Assembly (NCBI GenBank): GCA_002269645.1
Contig: NIVC01000024.1
Location: forward strand, 248,001 to 312,000
Source: Macrostomum lignano
Taxonomy: Eukaryota
Direction: 5' to 3'
DNA: 64,000 nucleotides
Shown here: positions 23,007 through 36,393 of the stretch, one piece after another
How positions within the stretch are numbered: the stretch's first letter is position 1
How the letters are laid out: every line of letters starts with the position of its first letter
Notes under the pieces: model-generated
Told to the model about the DNA's origin: nothing
Database searches by the model: none
What the model saw: the letters and a program-made list of their open reading frames with translations, nothing else
Made by a program: the position numbers and the translations under genes

Positions 23007-26000
23007 ATGTCATCTGTTTCACCGGTTCCTCAGACTCCTGTGTCTAGTCTTACAAGCTTAATAATCAACACAAATATAGCTAGATTGTCTCCAGTGATGA
23101 ACACTGTGACACAATCATTGCAAGGAGTTGCTCTGCCAGTGGAGCTCGACCTTGCTCCTCAAGGGATTGGAATGCCCCAAGTGTACGTGAAGCCTCAGCA
23201 TCTGACGTGAGTACTTTATGCTTACTTACTAATACTATGAATCTATTACACATATACACTAATACAAGTACATAACTCGACTATTTTTTTTTAAATTAAA
23301 ACTAAAATTTATATGTTGAACAACTATACAATACAAAATTCCTTCTATTTAGTAAAAAATGAAACTTGTGAAAGAATATAAGAATAGCAAAATCAATTTT
23401 TTAGTTTAATGATGTAGGGGAGTATAGGGCTAATGGGTACTTTTGTTTTTAATTAATGTAAGAACAAGAGAATACTAATAAATCAATAATAAAAAAATTC
23501 ACAATTTAAAATGTAATTTACTAATGAAATGTAAACATGACAATGGATTGAGAAAATTTCTCAAACCAAATTCTAGAATTGGATCATGGTTCTGGCTGGA
23601 ACTGATTCTGAAAATGGAACAGACAATTTAAAAAGCTTTGAACTAATTCTGGTTCTAGACACTAAATGACACTAAGTCACTAAGTTGTGGAATTGTATCC
23701 AAGTTCCAATTTCAAGAAGATGCAATTTGGAAAATCAGTATGCTATAACATCTCTATTGTAGAAAAAATCAACCTAGAACTTTTTATTCAGTCAAATAAG
23801 ACAAGCATATACCTTTTTAATTTTAGGTTAGCTTTGTATCTCATATTTGTAAGCATACACACATGTTTTACAAAAGCCTTGGAATATTAGTCCTAAAATA
23901 AGGTTTCTTTTAAAGCCAATAATGCCATAGACAGGCTTTTGCATTTTTCTATTCATGGATACAAATGATATCCAAAGTGTTTTTACTTTCCCAATGAAAT
24001 TAGTCTAGTAGAATGCAAGTTTGCTCTATAAAATCTTATCCTACAAATTTCCCATTGATTTTAGTTACCTGCGCGACTTCCGCACTCAGCAGTGCCCGCT
24101 GTTTGCAAATCACAAATGCTCGCAGCACAAACCATTCACCTGCTTTCACTGGCATTTCCCAAATCAGCGGAGAAGGCGGCCACTTCGCAAGCCAGATGGC
24201 ACGTTCTCATATTCGCCAGATGTGTACTGCGATAAATATGACGAGACCCGCGGCGAATGCCCAAATGGAGATGCCTGTCCCTACCTGCATCGCAATGCTG
24301 GCGACACGGAGCGCCGCTACCATTTGCGCTATTTCAAAACTGGCACCTGCATTCACGACACGGACACAAGGGGCCAGTGCTCGCGCAACGGTACACACTG
24401 CGCCTTTGCTCATGGCGCCACTGATCTGCGTGTGCCAGTCTATGACATTCGCGAAGTGCAAGAGGCTAGCGACTGTCCGGTGAACCTGCCGGCCAGTCTA
24501 GAGAAGGAACGAGTCCTGTCCGAAGATCCTAAATGGAACGATATGGGTTACGTGTTGGCTAATTACAAGACTGAGCCCTGCAGGAAGCCACCAAGGATGT
24601 GCAGACAGGGTTACGCCTGTCCGTTCTATCACAACGCCAAGGATAAGAGGCGTCAACCGCACCGGTTCAAGTATCGGTGAGTCATCAGCATTTTCTCATT
24701 AATTGCTTATTATCTCCAAAGTCTACGACGAGGATGTTATAAAGTTGTATATAAATTTATTTGTGTTGGGTGTGTTAACTTATTGGTATCTTTCATATTT
24801 GTTAGTTATGCTGTGCAAGTATGAAACCTTTAAAAACGTACATGTCGTTTTTGTACCTTGTTGAAGGGTTTTATTCGGTACATTCTATTTTTAGACCCGT
24901 TTTTCCTCGCTAAGTCGCCTACGTTGGCTTTAGTTAGAGTTTAGAACATAAATTATATTTCTAAAGATTGATACTTTCTTATTATACTTGCAACATATTA
25001 TTATTATTATTATTAATATTATTATTATTATTTTGCTAGCAACAAACGGACGTCGGACGTTGGGTTTGGGCCATAGTCTAAATTATACAGTTCGTTGAGT
25101 GCGCACAGCGTGAGATGAGCTTTGAATTTTGTTATTAACCACCGAAATCCCCATAAATCGTGGGCGAGGTTTATTGGGAATTAGTGTATTTGGAAGTGAA
25201 TGGATGAGGCTTGGGACTCTGGGAGCCACCACACCACATACGCAATACACTAAACGCCGCGCAAACTTCCTTAAAATGCACTTGTTGGCCTTTCCGACCG
25301 ATCCTTCTGCCTCTCGTCCCTCCCTCCCCTGCGATAGTCAGTAAACGTCATTGAATCGTTTGCAATAGTTTCCTTAATAACATGTTATTGCTTACATTAG
25401 TCACGCGCTAAATTTAGCAGGCCTAAGTGCAAAAATCCGCCTAGCCCATACTGCCCGATTTCCGGTTGGTTAAAGTGTTGTTGTGCTTGTGTGTGTAAGT
25501 TGGAGCTAAAAGGCCGGGGGGGGGTGTTTTGGCGTGGAGAGGCTTGTAAAACTTTCCTCTCCTTCAAACCGCCCCCCAACCCCTCGCGGCCCCGCATGCA
25601 TTTTTATACGGTGTTGTCGGTGTGCACGAGAACTTGCTCTATTTTTAGCAACAACAGGTTAAGCTATCCGCGTGTTCACTTGTGCATGTACAGTGAACCC
25701 ATAGCCTTATTTTTCACTTGGTGTTCTGGTTGGATTTCGACTTGTAACGCGATCTAAAAAAGTACAATTAAAAAGTACAAACCTGTTTTTGACAAGTTTG
25801 CGCATCGAAAACAAATCGTTGTCCAAGTTCAATATGGCCTTTTAGAATATGCTTTATTTAAAACGGTAAATATCGAGATGTAAAAACACATCCATGAGAA
25901 TTGCCCGCCGAAATTTGACCGCCGTCCTGTTTTCTGCAATGCATTTTGCCCCTAAATAGAAATAGAAATAAACATCCTTTCCACAAGAAAAATCCTGGAT

Positions 26001-29000
26001 CCACAACCAATTTGAGACAACTACGGGCAGAACTACCATTATCGGAAATTAAAGCTCGTATTTCTGCTTGCATAAGCACTTTCCAATTTTTTTCAGTTTT
26101 TTATTTTTTTTAGCTAAGTTAAAGGTGTAGGCGAACTATGCTGGGCCTGGGTCAGACAGAAACAGCTGACATACACAAAGTATTGAAAAACTTTTCTTGC
26201 CCTGTTGTTGAAATCGTTCTAAATCCGACAAGTGCATAGTGTACTAATTGTACTTGTGTATTGAATTCTCACATACTCGTAAATTTCTCATGGAATAATA
26301 AATATGATATTAGTCTGACAATTCTTTTAATTGCAGGAATGACTGGAGTTAGAATAAACTAAAACAAACCGTTATTTAACTTGCTTACATTGTATTATTG
26401 TTACATAGTCTGTTTGTACTATTTAGCCAAGCTTAGGGGGGGGGGTGAGGGGGTTGCTCGGCGCCCAGTTAGCAGTACAGTCTGCAATTTGAAGTGGCTG
26501 TGGGCTGTAGCTATCTCCTATAGGCTGCTGCTTAAAAAAGTACGCCTGCACTAAATTTTCGCTCTAGTGCACGTGTACTTCTTATCCCTACATGCGGCTG
26601 TCGGCTGGGCGGAGTTGGAAGAAAAATTGAGTTGCAATAGAATGCACACAGGCCTGAAAGAAGGGCAGGGTCCGAAGTACACAAACCAGATTGGTGTGAA
26701 ATATGATTGTAAATTTATTATAGTACACATTGACCCCCTAATATTATAATTACACTTACACTTGAATTTTCTAAATTTTATAATCAACAGATCGACCCCC
26801 TGTCCGACTGTGAAATCCTCGGACGAATGGTCCGATAGCAGCATTTGCGAGGCTGGCGAGGAGTGCCAGTTCTGTCACACCAGGACTGAACAGCAGTTCC
26901 ACCCTGAGGTGAGTGAGTCAGTTATTGTGCAGCTTTGATTGGGTTGGTCAACAATTTCTTTTGGGAAGCTCTGCATGGGGGAGGGCAAAGTCCTTTGGGA
27001 GTCACTTAAGGTTCAGTAGGGGAAGCAAAATAATTTTTCAAGGGTCACAAGTGGGGATAACATACTTGTTTGGGGGGTCACATGTAGGGACAAAAGCCTT
27101 GTGTGAGGGTCACAAGTGGGGACAAAATTTTTGTTTGGGGGGTCACATGATCACATCTAGGGACAAAATCCTTGCTGGGGGGTCACAAGTGGGGACAAAA
27201 TCCTTTTGGGGGGGGTCACAAGCGGGTTCGAAATCTTTGTTTTGGGGGTCACGAGTGAGGACAAAATCCTAGTTTGTGGGGGGGGGTCACAAGTGGGGGC
27301 AAAATCCTTGTTTGTGGGGGGGGGTCACGAGTGAGGACAAAATCCTTGTTTGTGGGGGGGGGGGTCACAAGTGGGGGCAAAATCCTTGTTTGGGGGAGCT
27401 GATCAGGGATCAGGGGCGAACCGTCCTTTGAGAAGTCAAAGGGGATAAAAATCCTCAGATGTCTTTGCGGGGTCAGCAATGTATGTAGATCACGAATAAA
27501 AATCTGCAAAAATGTTTTGAATCAGTAAGTACTGATAGTTTTGCTTGAGGCCTGGATTAGACTACTGATAAACAGATAAAAATATTAAAACGAACACCAC
27601 CTGATAGTTGCTCTCTTCTGGTTAATTTTGCAATAAAACCTTTTCAAAAGTGGACATTACAGTGTGCTATTTTCAATTCAAACTATCTTATTTTGTTTTC
27701 TTCACGCACTTATTTTTGTGTTTCTATTTCCTGTGCTCTTAGAAACGGTGTGTGTGTGTGTGTGGGTGTGTGTACACGTGCTCCGCTGTGACTGCCTATT
27801 TATAAATAAGCCTAGCTAGTGTGCAACAACAAAAACAGTATTAATAAATAGAAAACATTGATTGACTCGACTATGGACAACGTAGAGATACCAAATAAGT
27901 TCTTCGTTAACTTAAAACTGAAGAAAAGATAGAAAGGACAGACCTATTTTTTCACTTCACAGTTTACACTCGTACGGTCACATGATATAAAAAAGGCACT
28001 AAGCTTTTCCTCTTTCCGTAATTCCTTTTAGGCTTCTGACTGCCACAGAGCTTGTGTGTGTGTGTACGGGCTTGGGCTTCAAGTTCAAAGGGGCGAAGAG
28101 TGCTGGGGGGGCGGTCAAGTTGGGGCGTCGAGCCTTAACGTCCCAATTCTCGATCTTCGGCTGACGCACTCGGTTTGAACTCTCTTCTAGTGACCTTCAC
28201 GCGACACCCACCCCTCCTCTCCTTGTTTTCAACGTTAAGGCCTTGGGGGGGGCGGGGGTAAAGGAGGGGCGTGCCACACTTTAAGGGAAGAGCCAGAATT
28301 ACCGGCACCAACCCCCCCCCCCTCTAACCGGATTAGAATGAAAACCAGCTCAAAAAGCCGTTCCCTATTGGCCTGCCGGTGTTCCTGCGTGGAAGATTTC
28401 CCCGTTGCCCTTATTCCCAAAAAAACCCTGCAACGTCATTACTCATTTTTCTTCCTTCCCATTTTTACGCCTACTCCTCGTTTCTCAAATTTGTCCTCTC
28501 GATGCACCCAATTTTCCTTAGGAATGAAAAGCAAGATGGAATCAGGAGAGAAAAATAGGAATTTTCCGCGGCTTTTTAGTACTTGGGCAGCCCTCAACCA
28601 ATCAGCGGTGGCGACCTTGCCACTTGTGTTTCTAAAAATAGAACTTGCACGCACTTTGAACCGCTGTTCATTTTCCACGACCCAAGCCCCCCCTCCGCGA
28701 AGCCAAAACCATGTGAGCGCGAATCACGTGCTACGCTTTGTACCGATGCCTCCCAATGTCCCATGATGCCCTCAAATTCGCCCTCAAATTGGACCGCGTA
28801 CACCAGGCCCAGGGCCTTATTATTGTAACTACATTATTACTTTCTATGCCCCATATAACCTACTGAAAAAAAAGGATTCCTAAAGTAGTCAGTTCCAATC
28901 TGCTGATGTTTATTTTCTTACAAGGAAGCCAGGGCGGGCGCGCGTGCCTGTCCGATGGCCGATGCTGCTTTTTAAGTAGTTGTTTGCCTGTTTTAAAACA

Positions 29001-31599
29001 GAAAACTTAAAAGCAATGAGACACGTGTTAACCTTTCCATTCGCATTTATTTATTGGGGGGGGGGCGCGTTTGCGTATTAGCCAAAATACAAGTGTCCCT
29101 ATGCTGTTTCTCATTGTAGATCTACAAATCCACCAAGTGCAACGACATTATGCAGCAGCACTACTGCCCCAGGGGCCCGTTCTGCGCTTTCGCTCACGAC
29201 GAGGCCGAAATGAATTTTGGTCGCAATTTTATGCAGGACATCGAACTCCAAGGCCTGCTCTCGGCCGTTGCCATGCAGCAGCAGCAGCAGCAGCAATCTT
29301 CCCCAGTTATTAATCCAATAACTATGGCCCAGTTGGTTTCGCCGACTGTCTGGGAGAGATCTATTACTACCGCTATTAAAGGTAAGTTAATCTCGAACTT
29401 GAATTGATTATTGCATTTTTGTTTGTTATTTATTAAATCGATAATTCTATTTAATGTCTAATTTTGATTACCCCAATAAAAAATCGATAGTTCATTATTG
29501 TTTCGTAGAAATCGATGGATTTTAAGTAAAAATCGATAATTCATTACCTTGAAGCATAAATCGATAACTCATGACCTTAAAGTAAAATTCGCTATATAAT
29601 GACCTTGAAATAAAAATCGATAATTCAGGACCTAAAAGCACAAATCGATAATTCATAACCTTAAAGCAGAAATTGATAATTCATTAAATTCATTAAACAA
29701 ATTCGCATTTCAGGCCGCACAACCAGCGGTTTGAGTTCGACATCGCTCGAGTCAGGCCTGGGCAGTTGGCGCCACTGCGACAGTCCATCAACTGCCGTCA
29801 ATTTTGCCGACGAATCCAGCACCACAGCAGCCGCCGCCGCCGCAGCAGCAGCGGCCGCTACGTCAGCTTTGCTGCCAGATTTTGGCGAATTCGATCTGTC
29901 GCAGGACAGCTCGTCGGCTGCCGCGGTCAGCGCCTGCAGTCCGCTGACTGTGCAGACTGGGCTGCTTGGCGGCGGGCAGCAGCAGCAACAGGAAGAATCT
30001 CCGTCTTTGCAGTCGTTATTTGAGGTGATAATCTGATTTAGGTTACGTGTCTGAAAAATAAGAAAACCTACTATAAGTAGGGTAGAAAAAATCGACGCGT
30101 TTTACCACCCTTTTTATCGGAAAACAATTAAATTTCGAAACAATCTTGAAACTCTTCAGACCGAGGCCAGACACCGCGCGGGCAGTGCCAGCGGCAGGCA
30201 GCAGCCGCATCAGCAGCTGCCGGTATCCCGTCGTCGTCAGACAAGCAACAGCGAAGCCGGCGGCGGCTGCAACTACGCTCAGAGCCCAATACTAATGTCG
30301 GAGAGTCCGTTCTCAAATGCCGGCTTAGAATTAGAGCGACTGCGCTACGAATGCGAAATTGAGCGCGCCAATGAGGAGGCTCAGCGCGCCAAAGAGGCGG
30401 CTCAGCGCGCCAATCGAGAGCGCGCCAGCGCCGAAGCAGAATTAAGGCGCCTATGCGCCGGCGTTAAAGAGGCCGCCCTGATTGCTGAGACGATGAATAG
30501 CGAAGCTAGCGAAGGTGTTGACGGCGGCCGGGCTGCCGCTATTGAACAGTGGGACGCTTTTAGAAGCAGTCTGCAAGCGCTGCTGCAGCTGGAGGTTGGT
30601 TGCTTGGCACTTGGCCCTGTTTTGCGTACACCTGAGCCGCCGTTTACTGAGCCGTTTACGGGAGACTGAGGAGGGTGATGGGAAGAGAGAGGAGAGTAAA
30701 TAGGAGGGAGGAAGGGAGCGATGGAGAGAAGGAGAGAGGGAGAGAGCTGGATGAGAGATGTCGGGAGAGATAAAGGTAAAGATGGAGGGGAGAGATGGAG
30801 GGAGAGATGAAGGGAGAGATGAAGGTAAAGATGGAGGGGAGAGATGGAGGGAGAGATGAAGGGGAGAGATGAAGGGGAGAGATGAAGGGGAGAGATAGAG
30901 GGAGAGATGAATGTAAAGATGGAGCGGAGAGATGAAGGGAGAGATGAAGGGGAGAGATGAATGTAAAGATGGAGCGGAGAGATGAAGGGAGAGATGAATG
31001 TAAAGATGGAGCGGAGAGATGAAGGGAGAGATGAAGGGGAGAGATGAATGTAAAGATGGAGCGGAGAGATGAAGGGAGAGATGAAGGGAGAGATGAATGT
31101 AAAGATGGAGCGGAGAGATGAAGGTAAAGATGGAGGGGAGAGATGAAGGTAAAGATGGAGGGGAGAGATGAAGGTAAAGATGGAGGGGAGAGATGAAGGT
31201 AAAGATGGAGGGGAGAGATAGAGGGAGAGGGGAATGGATAGGGGATGATGGGAGAGATGAGAAAGTGATGCAGGGACAGACAGGAAGAGCCAAAGGTGGG
31301 CAGCGGAAAGAAGACAGAATTCACAGCTGCATGCCATCAACTCAAATCTGGGCAGTCATTCGCCACAAGCAGGCGCCTTCCTGTGTTACAGAATGAAAAA
31401 GTGTTTCAAAACTCCCCCCCCCCCATTCCAGCAGGCAGCCACCGAACTGCCAACGCTTGGCGAATCCAGCAAAACTGTAAGCGGCGGCAAAGATCAAAAC
31501 CCAGTTGGCACCGCCGAGCAGCAGCCGGTTCTGTCCACGAAGTTCTGCTTCTCTCGTGAGAATGAGCCTGGGCTGCGGAGACTGGAGGAGAAGCGCTGA
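23007..31599 (+). CDS. unk: Unkempt CCCH zinc-finger RNA-binding protein; join(23007..23206,24065..24676,26791..26908,29120..29381,29714..30024,30160..30594,31432..31599). Last junction tentative; the alternative is read-through to the stop at 30669
   Basis: KPQHLT|YLRDFRTQQCPLF..CFHWHFPNQRRR..YSPDVYC..GDTERRYHLRYFKT..YKTEPCRKPPRMCRQGYACPFYHN..|STPCP..CHTRTEQQFHPE|IYKSTKCND..CPRGPFCAFAH: six CCCH fingers closely matching the unkempt family, plus a C-terminal coiled coil. Phases are consistent. Confidence 0.9.
26985..27400. repeat. Degenerate G-rich tandem repeat (GGGGTCACAAGTGGGG(G)CAAAATCC) in an unkempt intron
   Basis: About 10 diverged copies of GGGTCAC..GG(A/G)CAAAAT. Confidence 0.75.
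30670..31260. repeat. Purine-rich minisatellite (GGGAGAGATGAA / GTAAAGATGGAG), in the probable last unkempt intron
   Basis: Mixed 12-13-bp units; explains the S/P/L-rich minus-strand ORFs at 30402-31340. Confidence 0.9.
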
Positions 31600-31919
31600 A
31601 GAGACCCGGCTTTGGTCTGAAGACACTTGGATAGTTTTTTTGATCATTTAATCGTTTAATCTTTTATTATCCAGAACGGTTTCAACCGCTTAATGTATGT
31701 TGTGTTCTATAGCTAGTTTTGAGAGCAGATAACTTTTCTTCAAACTAACTAGAAATCTTTCTTAGAATCATCAGTATCTAGAGGTTTCTAAGGAACATCT
31801 TGAATTTTGGATCTCTGAAGTCTGAAGATATTTTTAAGTCCCAGACTCCCAGAGTGTGTACTAAACATCTTTAGAATTTAGGTGTCTAAAATAATTGTAA
31901 CCTACTTTAAGAATTTTCC

Positions 31920-32300
31920 CTGATTCTAAGAAACGCCCCTAATTTTAAGAACCGTCCCTAATTCTAAGAAGCATCCCTAATTCTAAGAATCATCCCTAAT
32001 TCAAAGAAGCATCCCTAATTCTAAGAATCATCCCTAATTCTAAGAATCATCCCTAATTCTAAGAATCATCCCTAATTCTAAGAATCATCCCTAATTCAAA
32101 GAAGCATCTCTAATTCTAAGAATCATCCCTAATTCTAAGAATCATCCCTAATTCTAAGAATCGTCCCTAATTCTAAGAATCATCCCTAATTCTAAGAATC
32201 ATCCCTAATTCTAAGAATCATCCCTAATTCTAAGAATCATCCCTAATTCTAATTCTGAGAATCATCCCTAATTCTAAGAATTGTCCAAGATTTCTAAGAA
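31920..32300. repeat. Minisatellite, 19-bp unit (CTAATTCTAAGAATCATCC)
   Basis: Tandem array. Confidence 0.93.
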
Positions 32301-33782
32301 CAGTCTCTAATCGAAAATTGAAAGTATTAACTAGTTGGTTGCAGAACTACAGATGCAAGCAAAGGATGAGTCCTTTTTGTAAGTAGATTGCCATAAATTT
32401 TGGCACCGCGCCTCTCTATCAAAATTATATTTTATTTTCAGCAATAAGCGTGCATATATTCAACTAGATTATAATCATTAAACTAACAGTTACTCGCTTC
32501 ATCTTCGTTGCTTAAAAAGTAACTTCTTTTATTTTACTTACATAATAAGTTTAGCCACATATGCTCGCTCTATTCTACTGCTACTAATTAATTAAGTAGT
32601 CTTTCGGTGCGTTTTTCTCTTATCTCTACTATAGTCGCATATAGCCATCAGCTATATGTTTTCTTTTTTCAGTTTCTCTTTCAAACGACAATTAATTGTC
32701 ACGTTTAAAAATAGGAATTGTATATATATATAAAAATTGTTTTTTGCGTAGTTCCTAGCGATTCATCCTACTTTTAGTAGTTTCACTCGTTTTCAAAGAC
32801 GATCGGATCACCTTACTGATTATTTATCATTTAATTAGAATTTTACTAATAAATTGAGAAGACTGTTTAACAGGAGTGCTCGCTACTCATAGTAGACTAC
32901 TAAACAATAGGATTTTTAGTTAATTTTAAGGAAACTGTGGGGATTAGTGTTATATTGGGGTTGATTGATAGAAGCTTACTTTTTTGTCTCGGTGTTTTTC
33001 ATAACCTTCGTTTCTTTAACTTTCATCGCGTTGCATTTACATTATTCAAGCAAATTAGTGTTTCGAGTATACAAATGTGTAGCCAATAACCGTTTAATTT
33101 TTTTGTTAATTAATTCACAAAACTTTCGTCTTAATAAAATCGCCACAGTCCGAACAGATAGCTTATACCAAATCTTTATAGCTTTAGGCGGTCACTTTGC
33201 ATTTGTAAATAGTGATCTTTCAAATAATATATTTATTAATTATCAATTACATGTAGTCATTGTTCGAGTCTCCGCGTCCCAAATATCTTTTTTCCTGCTT
33301 TTTTCTGTTTCTGTATAAAATAACATAGTCACGTCTGCGTTAATAAAAAATCATGATACTATTATCATAATGATTATTATTATTATACTTCAGATAAGTT
33401 ATGGATTCACCAATTTTATTTTTGGTCTTATTCATCTGTTTCATGGAAACCGGTAGTAAAGTTAAACAAAATCAATTATCATTTCTCATACCGTGCATCT
33501 ACGAGTATTATAGTCTGCTTTTGAAATTAAAGTACACCCAACTATCCATAAATTAATAATATAAATATAGGAGCCTCAGCGGTAACGATTCCGTTTTAAA
33601 TTAAAAACACTTTTTGCTTGCATATTGGATTTTTTGTTGGTTTTATTCTAGAATATAGCGAAAGAATCTGTACTAAACTGAGTCTTAATTAGGCAATGGT
33701 AAAAACGTAAGGCTTGGTAGACTGTGCTTTACATGTGCGTGTACACTTGCATGTCATCTGCGCCCCAGCACATGTACATACG

Positions 33783-34402
33783 CAGGGGCGTCGCCATGAA
33801 TTCTATGGTGGGGGGACCACGCAGGCACTCATTTTAGAGCCGCAGGCACTCATTTTAGAGCCGCAGGCACTCATTTTAGAGCCGCAGGCACTCATTTTAG
33901 AGCCGCAGGCACTCATTTTAGAGCCGCAGGCACTCATTTTGGCGCCGCAGGCACTCATTTTAGAGCCGCAGGCACTCATTTTAGAGCCGCAGGCACTCAT
34001 TTTAGAGCCGCAGGCACTCATTTTAGAGCCGCAGGCACTCATTTTAGAGCCGCAGGCACTCATTTAAGCGCCGCAGGCACTCATTTTAGAGCCGCAGGCA
34101 CTCATTTAAGCGCCGCAGGCACTCATTTTAGAGCCGCAGGCACTCATTTTAGAGCCGCAGGCACTCATTTTAGAGCCGCAGGCACTCATTTTGGCGCCGC
34201 AGGCTCTCATTTTGGCGCCGCAAGCACTCATTTTTGCGCCGCAGGCACTCATTTTGGCGCCGCAGGCACTCATTGTTGCGCCGCAGGCGCTATATATTTG
34301 GGGCCCTTAAGCAAAACTGTTGATTTCAATTGCGGGTCTCAAGGTGGGGTGCTGGGACACGAAGCATTGGAGCTGGAGGGGATGGACATGTGTTCTCCCC
34401 TG
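33783..34402. mobile_element. Possible MITE with CAGGGG termini enclosing a 21-bp tandem array (GCAGGCACTCATTTTAGAGCC, about 33820-34285)
   Basis: Starts CAGGGGCG, ends CTCCCCTG. Flanks TACATACG and TACGTACA match 6/8 (possible degenerate TSD). The array is certain; the MITE boundaries are tentative. Confidence 0.45.
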
Positions 34403-35185
34403 TACGTACATGTAGAGTACCATGCGTACAGTTTATACTCGATTTTTTCATGGTCGATAAATTAACAATAACAGACATGAGATCTTAGACATAACTATGT
34501 AGATGTCTACATAGACAGGTGGTAGATAGTTGTAGGTTTCACGTCAGCATCTGCTACAAACTACGTATACTGTTGTCAAGTCAAAATTAATTTAGGGATC
34601 GCTCAATGCAACGTTATAAGTTGATGCATGCAAAATTCTGATAAAACGGCCCTTTTAGGGACAAACTCTGAAATCTATAGATGCTTAATTACTATTTGCA
34701 TTATGTTTGCATATTAGAGTGAAAATTACATTATCTCATATATAACGATAAGTTATATTCAGCATTATAATATATACACCTTCATGCGATCTTAATTACA
34801 ATTCCGCAAATGCAGCTTGTAAAACTATTTTTTGAAGCAAATCGCTTACATGCGTCAGCAAATGTTAAGGCAATCATTGGTATTTCTATCATTAGTGCTC
34901 AATAATTGATTAAATATTAATAAAAAATATTCTGCGAAATTTGATTGTTTTGCCACTAAATGGGCCGTTTTAATCAGCATTTGCAAAATTTTCGCGATTG
35001 CAAAATTTCATCGGATTCTACATTGTATTGTAAGATCAAGTGTAGCGATGTACATGTAATAAGTTTGATTTCGCATAGTTAAGTAAGGTGTTTGTAAAAT
35101 GGGCTTTTATTTTTGAAAAATTTCCAAAAATAAAATTAAATTTTGATTATAATTTTACGAGATAAGCATGTAGCAGTGCACAAAC

Positions 35186-35445
35186 CAGGGGCGTGTAGCC
35201 AGGGCTATTTATGGGACGGGTGCGTATTTCGGGGCGCCATCGTGGGGCGCCATGATCTTGCTTGGGATGCCATTGTCAAGGCACCAGAACCAGAAGCTTT
35301 AGCACCAGGGGCTTTAGCACCAGGGGCTTTAGCACCAGGGGCTTTAGCACCAGGGGCTTCAGCACCAGGGGCGCCACAGCTGCTGCAATGGCAGCACTAC
35401 AATTCTTATCAGACTAATTGAGGCATGGCCCCTGGCTACGCCCTG
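35186..35445. mobile_element. MITE-like element (260 bp) with an internal 15-bp array (GCACCAGGGGCTTTA)
   Basis: Left CAGGGGCGTGTAGCCAGGG versus reverse complement of the right end CAGGGCGTAGCCAGGGG. No clear TSD. Confidence 0.6.
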
Positions 35446-35670
35446 TTTAAGAGCAAGGTACAATTAGGTACTTGTACAAGGGCAGCCGTAAGGCTAGAAA
35501 AAAAGCCCGAGTTCTGATAGATTCTACAGGTTTCGTAAGATTTTTTACGTCCGTGAAGCTACAAGTACATACTTCGTATATAATTTTGTTTATATTAGTT
35601 CATTAATCGAGTTAATTTGAAGTTTAATTCATCTTTCAAGGTGCACGCGCACCAAAGCCAGTTTGGATGA

Positions 35671-36393
35671 TCAAACCAGGCCAAACTTGACCCAGTCGGC
35701 GCTCGTCTCGATCTCCTCCTCCACCTGAGCGTCGGTGAACAGCAGCAGGCGGCAGGCTCTCATCTTGCTGTTGTACAGCACGTGTCTGCAGCTGCCGTCA
35801 CTCATGGCGGCTGCAACGCATTCAACAGCGCTGCTCACATGCGGCACATCATTGAAGCAGTACTCGGTGTTGTAGGTGGCTCTCTTGAACGACACCTTCT
35901 TCCAATTGGCGAGCTTCCGGTAAGCAGAGGGGTCCTTGTACTCGCAAGCGAATCCATAGTTATGGCTGCAATTGGTGTCTCTGAGCAGTCTGAGTTTGTT
36001 CATCCGAATGCAGTTTTCATCAGCACCTCCTGATGGTTCGCTTGTGCGAAACAGACTCTCAGGACTGGCGAAGCCGTTCCCGTTGACCCTCTGCCAGCCG
36101 TCTCTCTTCTCGCCTCTCTCATCGGCCAGGTCGCTCAGTCCGATCCACAGCTGGCAGCTGCAGGATGAGCTGATGCCGCTGCGATTCAGTGCCAGGATGG
36201 AGCTGTGCGAGTTGAGCAGCTCGCCTCCGATCGATGCGCACTGCCGATTGGCTGAGCACCAGCTGTGGCTGTGAGCTGTGCTCACGAACAGGCACAGACC
36301 GGCCTGCATGGTGAACGGTGCGGGACACGGCAGGGTCTGCGACTGCAGCAGCTGGCAGCTCAGCAGCAGGAAAAGCAGCTGCTTCCGTGACAT
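35671..36393 (-). CDS. Secreted C-type lectin domain protein with a C-terminal PAN/apple-like module, 240 aa, single exon
   Basis: Signal peptide (MSRKQLLFLLLSCQLLQS); CPAPF..GLCLF..WCSANRQCASIGGELL..LWIGLSD..EPS..ENC..DTNC..GFACE is a CTLD. Then SAVECVAAAMSDGSCRHVLYNSKMRACRL resembles PAN/apple. Confidence 0.85.
   Translation of the reverse strand: MSRKQLLFLLLSCQLLQSQTLPCPAPFTMQAGLCLFVSTAHSHSWCSANRQCASIGGELLNSHSSILALNRSGISSSCSCQLWIGLSDLADERGEKRDGWQRVNGNGFASPESLFRTSEPSGGADENCIRMNKLRLLRDTNCSHNYGFACEYKDPSAYRKLANWKKVSFKRATYNTEYCFNDVPHVSSAVECVAAAMSDGSCRHVLYNSKMRACRLLLFTDAQVEEEIETSADWVKFGLV

Noticed and set aside
31594-31625. Hammerhead-like CTGAAGA-GACC..GGTC-TGAAG
   Set aside because: Lacks the required GAAA and stems I/III, and overlaps a probable stop codon.
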